Shown here piece after piece: positions 1 to 7,598 of a stretch of DNA of 49,788 nucleotides. Source of the DNA: Verrucomicrobiota bacterium (GTDB taxonomy: Bacteria > Verrucomicrobiota > Lentisphaeria > Lentisphaerales > Lentisphaeraceae); NCBI GenBank assembly GCA_039798785.1, contig JBDKFG010000032.1, forward strand, positions 1-49,788, read 5' to 3'. Every line of letters begins with the position of its first letter. The stretch's first letter is position 1. Below the pieces are notes generated by a model, which saw nothing but the letters and a program-made list of their open reading frames with translations, ran no database searches and was not told where the DNA came from. The translations under genes and the position numbers were made by a program.

Positions 1-3000
1 CGGATTGCCGTTGGCGAGGGTGGCGCTCAGCGTCAGGGAATCGCCGAGGTCGGCATCGGCGAAGGTGTTGAGAGGAAGGACGAAGCTGAAGGCGCTGTCC
101 TCTGTCGCCGATTGATCGGCGATGAGATTGGCGACAGTGGGAGCGTCGTTGACGTTGGCGACGCTCAGGGTGAAGGTGTCGGTGACGCTGGCTCCCTGGC
201 TGTCTTCGGCGGTGACGACGATGCTCAAGTTGCCGACATCGGCGTTGATCGGCGTGCCGGAGAAGGTTTTGGTGGCGGCATTAAAGCTCAACCAAGAAGG
301 CAGCGGGTTGCCGCTTTGCAGCTTGGCGCTGAGCGTGAGGCTTTCCCCCAGGTCAACATCATTAAAAGTGTTATCCGGAATGGAGAAATTGAAGGTGGAA
401 TCTTCATTTACCGCCTGGTTCGCGATGGCATTAAGAAGGGTAGGCGCATCGTTGATGTTGGCGACATTCAGGGAGAAAGTGTCCGAGACGCTGAGATTGG
501 AGCTGTCTTTAGCCGTGACAGTGACATCGATCAGTCCCAGATCGGCGTTAGCCGGCGTGCCTGAGAAGCTGCGGGTGATGGGATTGAAGTTGAGCCAGCT
601 AGGGAGGGGGGAGCCATTCTGCAGTGTGGCGCTGAAGGAGAGAGCATCACCTGCATCGATATCGGCGAAGCTGTCGGGCGGGAGCACGAAGGTGAACAGA
701 GAGTCCTGTGTTGCGGACTGGTCAGCGATCGGATTAAGCAACATAGGGGCGTCGTTGGTGTCAGCGACATTGAGAAGGAAGCTGTTACTGACGCTGGCTC
801 CTGAGATGTCCGAGGCAACGACTTTGATCCCGATGACGCCGACATCGGCATTGAGCGGCGTGCCGGAGAAGGTTCTGGTGGCTGCGTTGAAGTTCAACCA
901 CGAGGGCAGAGGATTGCCATTGGCGAGGCTGGCGCTGAAGCTGAGAGAGTCGCTGGCATCGACGTCGGCAAAGGTGCCGAGTGGGATGGTGAAGCTGAAG
1001 GCGCTGTCTTCGGTCGCACTCTGGCCGGAGATAGGCGCAGCGACCGTGGGAGCGTCGTTGCTGTTATTGACTGTCAAGGTGAAGGTATCGCTGACTTTGA
1101 GCCCGCCGTTGTCGGTGGCGGTGACAACGATATTCAGGCTGCCGACGTGGAAATTGAGGGGGGTTCCCGAGAATGTTTGGGTGCCGGCATTGAAGTTCAG
1201 CCAAAGCGGCAAAGGCGAACCACCCTCAAGCTTGGCGGAGTAAGTCAAGGAGTCGCCGGCGTCGACGTCGGCAAAGGCAGCGGACGGCAAGACGTAGGAG
1301 AAAGGGGAGTCTTCCGTCGCTGTCTGATCGGGGATGGCACTGGCCAGGCTGGGAGCATCGTTGACGTTGGCGACTGGCGAGCTCAGCGGAGAGAGGACGC
1401 TTTCCGAGTGTGAGTGGCCATCGGTGTAATTGGCGACGACGCGGATTCGCTTGCCGACTTCAGCTTCGGTCAAAATCAGAGTTTCACCGCTGCCGAGGCG
1501 GTTGGAAAGAGCGTCGAACCACTCGTAAGTGAAAGTCCCGAGGCCATCCTGATCTTGAATCTGGTTGATGACGGAGAGGGTTTCTCCCTGGCGCAGGATG
1601 CCCGTGGCGAAAAGCTGGCCGCTGGGAGCATCGTTGAGATCAGTCACGGCAATCAGGAAACTCTTGTCAAAACTCAAGCCGCCGCCATCGGTCACGCGGA
1701 TGCCGACGCTGACACTGCCGCCGCTGGTTTCGAAGTCGAGCGAGCTCGCCGCCTTCAGCTTCAGCAGGCCACCTACGACTTCGAAGCGAGGGTCGTTGAC
1801 CAGGTAAGTGAAGGGGCCTCCTTCGGGGTCGGAGGGGGAAAGGCTGCCGATGACCGCTCCGGCAGTATTTTCGGCGAGCGACGCTGCCGACAGGCTCAGT
1901 CCGTTCGGCGCTTCGTTGACATTGTTGACGCTGAGATTGAAGGACTGGCTGACGCTCAAGCCGCCGCGGTCGGTGGCGGTGATGACCAGCGGAATCGCGG
2001 CTTCATTTTCGAAATTCAAGCTGACGCCTGCTTTCAAGCGCAGATCGCCGTTGACGATTTCGAATCGGCTGTCACTGAGGACGAAGCTGAAAACGTCTTT
2101 GCTGTTGGGGTCGATGACGGTGACCTTGCCGATGCCGGCGCCTGGCTGGTTCTCGTTGACGCTGGTGTGGCTGAGTTGGATGGCAGTGGGCGCGTCATTG
2201 AGGTTCCTGACGCTGAATGTGAAACTCTTGCTCGTGCTCAAGCTGCCGCTGTCGGTGGCGGTGATTGAAAGAGTCACCGGACCGCTGAGAATGCTCTGTC
2301 CGTCTTTGACCTTCAGAGTCCCGTTGACGACTTCAAAGCGGGAGTCGGAAAGGATGTAGCTGTGAGTGTCCACGAGGTCGGGATCGATCACTTGCAGCTT
2401 GCCGATGAGAGCGCCTGGACTGTCGTCGATGATGAGATTGGAGATCCTGATGTCGCTGGGGCTTTCGTTGACGTTCAAGACGCTGATGTTGAAGTTTTTC
2501 GAGCGAACGAAGCCATTCGCGGTCTTGGCGGTGATGCTGAGGTTCAGGCTGTCGCCGAGTTCGGCGTTGAGCGCCACACCCGCCTTCAGCCTGACCTGCC
2601 CGGAGACGATTTCGAAGCGGGAGTCGGAGACTGTGTAGCTTGTGACGCTGCCGCCGTCATTTCCCGGGAAGACGAGCTGGCCGACGATCCCGCCGGGAAG
2701 ATTCTCGCTGACCGAGGTGGAGCTCAGCGTGAAGTTGATCACCTCGGAGCTGTCCTTGACGGCGACGGTGAAGCTGCGGCTGATGCTCGCGCCGCCCTGA
2801 TCCTGCGCCGTGATCTGGATCACAGGATTGCTGCCATAGCTGAGTGAGGCGCCGTCCTTGAGCTTGAGCTGTCCGAAGAGGACTTCAAAGCGCGAATCAT
2901 CGACGCTGAAGGTGAAGCTGTCGTCGGCATCCTCGTCCTTGACGTAGATCGTCCCGATGACGGCGCCGCTGATGTTCTCGTGGATGCTCAGATTGGAGAT

Positions 3001-5277
3001 GCGGATGTCGCCCGGTGCATCATTGAGATTGGTCACGGTCAAGGAGAAGAACTCCCTGGTCGATCTGCCGCCCAAGTCGGTGGCCGTGATGAGCAGGTTG
3101 ATGGCGCTCGCCTGTTCGTAATTGAGGCTGATGCCGTCCTTGAGCTTGAGATCTCCGCCGACGACTTCAAAGCGGCTGTCGGAGACGGTGAAGCTGTGAC
3201 TGTCTGCAAGATCGGCGTCGCTGACTGTCAGGGAGCCGATGCGGGCGCCGGCGAGATTCTCGGCGACCGTGGCCTGGTCAAGCGCGATCGCGGTGGGCGC
3301 GTCGTTGACATTGCTGAAGCTGATCGGCATCTGCATGGGCAGGCTGCGGAACTTGCCGTCGCCGACGCTGAGGATGAGCTGGGGCGCGGTCTCACTGCCG
3401 TCATGGACGAAGCGGATGAGGTCGTTCTGGAGATCCTTGAGGGTGAAGGACTGAACTTCGGCAAGACCTCTGAGGATCTTGCCCTGGCTGATCGATTCGA
3501 TCTCGAAGCGCAGCGATTCAGGCCGGGTGCCGGGGTCGCCGTCAGAGACTTCAATCAGGGTCTTGAGATTGACCGCGGCGCCTTCGTTGATGGCCAGGGG
3601 GGAGAGTGACAAGACCGGAGTGAATTCGTTCGAGCTCAAGTCATCAATGGTGACCAGGCTGAGGGAGGCGATGCCGCCGTCTTCATCGTTGAGCTGGAGG
3701 CTGAAGCCGGCTTTGCTGCCCTGGCCGCCGGTGTGCTTGAATTTGACCCGACCCTCGGTCTGCAAGTCGGCCAGGGTGAAGCTGCTGCTGGCGAGCTCGC
3801 CGACGAGGAACTGGCCGCGGCTGATGCTGGCGACTTTGAATACGAGTTCCGCCGGATCGCGGGTTTCGATGTCGCTCGCTCCCAGGATGTCGGTGTTCAG
3901 GCTGATGGTTTGTTGAGGCGAGCAGATCAGGTCGGATCCATAGATCAGCGGCAGGTCATTGACGTGTTTGAACTGGAAGGGGACGTTGATCAGCAGCGAG
4001 TAGGAAGCTTCGTCCTTGAGTGAGAAGGCCAGGGTGGGGGCTTCTTCGCTGCCGTCATGGACGAATTTCACCTTGCCCGCGCGGACCTCTGCAAGAGTGA
4101 AGGTGCTGGCCTCGAGGTCATTGACAAGAAGGCGTCCGTGACTGATGTCGGCCGCTTGGAATTGCAGGCTCACATCCGGGCTGTCGCCGTCGATGACCAG
4201 GAGGATCTTGTCATTGAAAACGACCGTGCCGCCTTCATTCATGACGACAGGCCGGATCCACAGGCCCGGGGCTTCGTTGACCGATTCCACTTGGACTCGT
4301 GCAGCAAAGGGAGTGGCTGAGATCTTCCCATGCGAATCACGGATGTTGAGCTGGAAATCAGGAACTGCCTGGTTGACGTAATGCTTGAAGGTGACAAGCC
4401 CGGCTTCGATGTCGCCCATTGAAAAGATGGTCGCCTTGACTCCGGAAAGGTAGAACTGGCCCCCTTTGAGGTTGACTACGTTGAGCAGGAGTCCGCCCGA
4501 GTCGGAGTTGTCGTCATGAGCCCTGATCATGTCGCCGGTCACCGTGATGGTCTGGCCATCGCGAACCTTGATCTCGGCGCTGTCGATGACTGCGGCGGTG
4601 TTGCCGGCAATCCCCACAGTGTCGGTGAATCGGAAGGACAGGCTGCTACGGCTGCTGCCGCCATCAGGATCATCAACTTGGATGAGAAGGCGCGGGGCAT
4701 TGGTGCTGTTGTCATGGCGGACGAGGATCTTGCCGGAATTGAGCTCCTCGACGGTGAAGCTGTCAACCTCTTCGACCCCGACAGCCAGCTTCCGAAGGAC
4801 GCTGAGATGAGAAGCGGAAAGCACACTCACCGTCAAATCCGCGGGAGAGCTTTCTTCATCGGTGATCTTCAACACGGTCGAGGTCAGGACCAGCTCACGC
4901 CCTCTCCCGAGGCTGGTGGCCTTGGCGACGATGACGGGATTGTCATTGCTCTGGTCGATCAGGATATTGACCGGGGTGGATGGACTCGTGCTTCCGTGGG
5001 CATCGCTCACCGAAATGGAGAAGCTGGGGCTAACAGTTTTTCCGTCATGCTTGAAGGCGACGCGTTCGGCGAGGATGTCGGCAAGTGTGAACTGCGTCAC
5101 CTTGAGGCCGCTAAGGATGAATCGTCCGCCTTTCAAATCGCTGATTTCGAAGAGCAGATGCGCGGCCTGGCTGGTGTCGGCATCGCTGGCGTTGATCTCG
5201 GCGGCGGTGATGGCTAGGTAGCTGTTTTCCGTGACCGAAAAGTTGCCGAGGACAAGGGATGGAGATTGGCGGGGCAT
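1..5277 (-). CDS. Giant cadherin-like/Ig-repeat surface protein or adhesin (3'-partial, continues beyond left edge)
   Basis: Absent from the ORF track, presumably because it is open at the edge. ATG at 5277 follows GAGGTGAACC (RBS). Starts MPRQSPSLVLGNFSVTENSYLAITAAEINASDADT and the same frame reads LNTFADADLGDSLTLSATLANGNP at position 1; the frame was checked at both ends, not codon by codon. Contains CSPG/Cadherin_3-like repeats (FTLAxxxxxxVxFxHDG), cadherin repeats (DFET, NYEQ, NDAP) and He_PIG/CADG-like repeats (LPSWLSFNAATKTFSGTP). Confidence 0.85.
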   Translation of the reverse strand, partial: MPRQSPSLVLGNFSVTENSYLAITAAEINASDADTSQAAHLLFEISDLKGGRFILSGLKVTQFTLADILAERVAFKHDGKTVSPSFSISVSDAHGSTSPSTPVNILIDQSNDNPVIVAKATSLGRGRELVLTSTVLKITDEESSPADLTVSVLSASHLSVLRKLAVGVEEVDSFTVEELNSGKILVRHDNSTNAPRLLIQVDDPDGGSSRSSLSFRFTDTVGIAGNTAAVIDSAEIKVRDGQTITVTGDMIRAHDDNSDSGGLLLNVVNLKGGQFYLSGVKATIFSMGDIEAGLVTFKHYVNQAVPDFQLNIRDSHGKISATPFAARVQVESVNEAPGLWIRPVVMNEGGTVVFNDKILLVIDGDSPDVSLQFQAADISHGRLLVNDLEASTFTLAEVRAGKVKFVHDGSEEAPTLAFSLKDEASYSLLINVPFQFKHVNDLPLIYGSDLICSPQQTISLNTDILGASDIETRDPAELVFKVASISRGQFLVGELASSSFTLADLQTEGRVKFKHTGGQGSKAGFSLQLNDEDGGIASLSLVTIDDLSSNEFTPVLSLSPLAINEGAAVNLKTLIEVSDGDPGTRPESLRFEIESISQGKILRGLAEVQSFTLKDLQNDLIRFVHDGSETAPQLILSVGDGKFRSLPMQMPISFSNVNDAPTAIALDQATVAENLAGARIGSLTVSDADLADSHSFTVSDSRFEVVGGDLKLKDGISLNYEQASAINLLITATDLGGRSTREFFSLTVTNLNDAPGDIRISNLSIHENISGAVIGTIYVKDEDADDSFTFSVDDSRFEVLFGQLKLKDGASLSYGSNPVIQITAQDQGGASISRSFTVAVKDSSEVINFTLSSTSVSENLPGGIVGQLVFPGNDGGSVTSYTVSDSRFEIVSGQVRLKAGVALNAELGDSLNLSITAKTANGFVRSKNFNISVLNVNESPSDIRISNLIIDDSPGALIGKLQVIDPDLVDTHSYILSDSRFEVVNGTLKVKDGQSILSGPVTLSITATDSGSLSTSKSFTFSVRNLNDAPTAIQLSHTSVNENQPGAGIGKVTVIDPNSKDVFSFVLSDSRFEIVNGDLRLKAGVSLNFENEAAIPLVITATDRGGLSVSQSFNLSVNNVNEAPNGLSLSAASLAENTAGAVIGSLSPSDPEGGPFTYLVNDPRFEVVGGLLKLKAASSLDFETSGGSVSVGIRVTDGGGLSFDKSFLIAVTDLNDAPSGQLFATGILRQGETLSVINQIQDQDGLGTFTYEWFDALSNRLGSGETLILTEAEVGKRIRVVANYTDGHSHSESVLSPLSSPVANVNDAPSLASAIPDQTATEDSPFSYVLPSAAFADVDAGDSLTYSAKLEGGSPLPLWLNFNAGTQTFSGTPLNFHVGSLNIVVTATDNGGLKVSDTFTLTVNNSNDAPTVAAPISGQSATEDSAFSFTIPLGTFADVDASDSLSFSASLANGNPLPSWLNFNAATRTFSGTPLNADVGVIGIKVVASDISGASVSNSFLLNVADTNDAPMLLNPIADQSATQDSLFTFVLPPDSFADIDAGDALSFSATLQNGSPLPSWLNFNPITRSFSGTPANADLGLIDVTVTAKDSSNLSVSDTFSLNVANINDAPTLLNAIANQAVNEDSTFNFSIPDNTFNDVDLGESLTLSAKLQSGNPLPSWLSFNAATKTFSGTPINADVGNLSIVVTAEDSQGASVTDTFTLSVANVNDAPTVANLIADQSATEDSAFSFVLPLNTFADADLGDSLTLSATLANGNP

Positions 5278-5369
5278 GGTTCACCTCGAGTTTTAAAGAC
5301 ATTGGTTCATTCTGATTATACCATCATTCAAAGTTCATTAGCAAGGAGAGCGGCGGGAAATGCAGCCAT

Positions 5370-5396
5370 AAAAAAACTCCTTGCCTGAGCAAGGAG
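5370..5396 (-). terminator. Rho-independent terminator after the aldo-keto reductase
   Basis: CTCCTTGC-ctga-GCAAGGAG hairpin with an adjacent A7 (U7 on the minus strand). Confidence 0.75.
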
Positions 5397-5419
5397 CGGC
5401 GGACGGGAGTTAACGATAC

Positions 5420-6439
5420 TCAGTCGTCGGTTTCAGGAAGGTTGTGGTCATGGCTGACTTCCGCTGCATTGACGATGTCATCGATAGCCTGGAGTTCGTC
5501 CGGGGCAAAGTCGATGTTATCGAGCGAGCGCAAGACATCATTGAGCTGCCAGGCGCGCGAAGCGCCGATCAAGGCTGAGGTGACGACGGGATTTCGCAAA
5601 GTCCAGGATACTGCCATCTGGGACAAGGTCTGGCCTCGGGACTGGGCGATGCCGTTGAGCTTGTTCAGCCGGATGATGAGGTCTTCGTTGACCGACTGCT
5701 GGACCTTGGTGATGTAGCGCGGATTGGCGTTTGGGGGCGGCGGCGGTACGCCGTTCAGATATTTGTCAGTCAGACGGCCTTGAGCCATGGGAGAGTAGAC
5801 GACGCAACCCAGTCCGAGATCATGGACCGTTTTGAACAGCTGTTTTTCGGGGTGGCGTTCCAACATGTTGTAGCGCGGCTGATGGACGATGCAGGGAGTG
5901 CCGAGATCGTCAAGAATCTTGATGGCCTCCCGGGTCAATTCAGGTGAATAGCCGGAAAGGCCAATATAAAGAGCCCGGCCGGAGCGGACGATGAAATCCA
6001 AGGCACCCATGGTCTCTTCAAGCGGGGTCTCGTTGTCCGGGCGATGGTGGTAGAAGATGTCGACGTAGGGGACCCTGAGCCGGTTGAGCGACTGGTCGAT
6101 GGAAGAGACGATGTATTTACGGGAGCCCCAGTCGCCGTCGGGGCCTTCCCAGATCTTGTGGCCGCCCTTGACGGCAATGATCATTTCGTCGCGAGCGCCT
6201 CTCAGCTCTTGTTGGAGGACTCGCCCGAAATTGTCTTCGGCGGAACCAGGAGGGGCTCCGTAGGTGTTGGCGAGGTCGAAGTGCGTGATGCCGCGATCGA
6301 GTGCGGCACAGGCGAGATCGCGGGCCTGTTCGTAAGTGTTGTTGCCGCCCCAGTTATGCCAGAACCCGAGGGAGACGCGAGGAAGACGGAGGCCGCTGAT
6401 GCCGCAGCGTTGATAGCTCATTTTGTCGTAGCGAGGCAT
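5420..6439 (-). CDS. gpr: Aldo/keto reductase, YghZ/Gpr (L-glyceraldehyde-3-phosphate reductase)-like
   Basis: RYDKMSYQRCGISGLRLPRVSLGFWHN, GITHFDLANTYG, YVDIFYHHRPD and VTSALIGAS motifs. Start placed at MPRY (6439) within ORF 5420..6535. Confidence 0.85.
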   Translation of the reverse strand: MPRYDKMSYQRCGISGLRLPRVSLGFWHNWGGNNTYEQARDLACAALDRGITHFDLANTYGAPPGSAEDNFGRVLQQELRGARDEMIIAVKGGHKIWEGPDGDWGSRKYIVSSIDQSLNRLRVPYVDIFYHHRPDNETPLEETMGALDFIVRSGRALYIGLSGYSPELTREAIKILDDLGTPCIVHQPRYNMLERHPEKQLFKTVHDLGLGCVVYSPMAQGRLTDKYLNGVPPPPPNANPRYITKVQQSVNEDLIIRLNKLNGIAQSRGQTLSQMAVSWTLRNPVVTSALIGASRAWQLNDVLRSLDNIDFAPDELQAIDDIVNAAEVSHDHNLPETDD

Positions 6440-6615
6440 GTGATGAGATCCTTGCAGTTCGATGTTAGTGTTGGAGCCAGTCGCCGCGGAATCTGGGATT
6501 GAACTCAATAGAGGCAGCGACTGCGCAGTCACCATACACGCGCTTCCACCGGTGCCTAGTAGTTGCGCAAGCCTTGCGAAGAGTGCTATGATGTCTTGGG
6601 AACGGAGGATGAGAG

Positions 6616-7422
6616 GTGAAGGTCTCCTTGGAGCATTCGTGCGGACATTCCGCCGAGCATGAACTGCCGGCAGGCAGCCTTGGCCTCAGTCGCAAGCGGG
6701 CGCTCAGGAATTCGCCCTGCCCGAGATGTCGCCAGCAGCTGCAACGCGAGGAAGGCCTGGAGGCCGCCGCCGAAGCGGAGAGGCTTGGCCTGCCCTCGCT
6801 CCTTCATGATGCGCCTGAGCCTGAAATCCTCGATGCCGAGCTGCGCCGAGTGCAGTTCTTTCACTGGTGGGCTCAATACAAAGGCGAGCTCAGACGTCAT
6901 CCCCAGCATGCCGAGGCGCTCCAGCTCCTGAAATCGAAACGGGAGCCGCGTTGGTGGCTTCATCACAGACGTCACACGCATGAGTACCTTATGGAATTGA
7001 TGATCGACGAAGCTGTGCATCACCAGCACATGCTCCGTTGCGAGCCGGAAGTCAAGCGTCGCATGGCGCAGCTCAATGTCAGCCCCCTTCAAGGATCGGA
7101 GGCCCAAATCCGTTGGGCCAGACAGATCAGAGAGCACTTCATTCACCGCACCCTGATGATGCAAGTCTGTCTTGAAGACTCCCTCGCGGATACCGGCCAT
7201 TGGGCGCAATCGCTCCAAGGGATTCGCCATGAACTGGAATCAGTTCCCGGCGAACTGGCGCGCGAAGTCCAGGTGATGTGCAGCAAGACCTCCTCAGTCT
7301 TTTGGATAGAATACCGCGACAAAACCCCAGTCGAAATGGCAGCCATCCTCGGTTGCGAGGCACGCCTTGTGCATCTTCTCGGGGTCCTGAATGGAAAAAT
7401 GAGCTTCCTCCTGGATATGTGA
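6616..7422 (+). CDS. Hypothetical protein with N-terminal HSCGH...CPRC putative Zn site and GSxxQxxWAxxIR motif
   Basis: 268-aa ORF with GTG start after GGAGGATGAGAG. Motifs HSCGH, CPRC, LQGSEAQIRWARQIR and FWIEYRD. Confidence 0.7.
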   Translation: MKVSLEHSCGHSAEHELPAGSLGLSRKRALRNSPCPRCRQQLQREEGLEAAAEAERLGLPSLLHDAPEPEILDAELRRVQFFHWWAQYKGELRRHPQHAEALQLLKSKREPRWWLHHRRHTHEYLMELMIDEAVHHQHMLRCEPEVKRRMAQLNVSPLQGSEAQIRWARQIREHFIHRTLMMQVCLEDSLADTGHWAQSLQGIRHELESVPGELAREVQVMCSKTSSVFWIEYRDKTPVEMAAILGCEARLVHLLGVLNGKMSFLLDM

Positions 7423-7598
7423 TCTTGCCTGCTCCATCGCTCAACAACGACGATGACGGGAATTCCCGGATTCGAAATGAGGATTCTACCTGCCTTCCGA
7501 AATTGACGGACGACTGTTCTCCTCAACCCGGTTTTTAGCTTAACATTTTCGTTTGCCGTGTTATTTTCGCGGGTTTTCAATCCAAAAAGGACCCGCCG

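Noticed and set aside
112..5221. Many plus-strand ORFs over the first 5 kb
   Set aside because: They are antisense shadows of the giant minus-strand repeat protein, with no family motifs.
5111..5302. ORF MSLKLEVNHAPP, suggesting a frameshifted N-terminus of the adhesin
   Set aside because: The ATG at 5277 has a strong RBS and begins a coherent repeat domain, so the VNHAP resemblance is probably chance.
7523..7538. TCAACCCGGTTTTTAG resembling a collapsed MITE end upstream of valS; possible T-box leader
   Set aside because: It is too short to support, has no partner end, and shows no T-box consensus or terminator.
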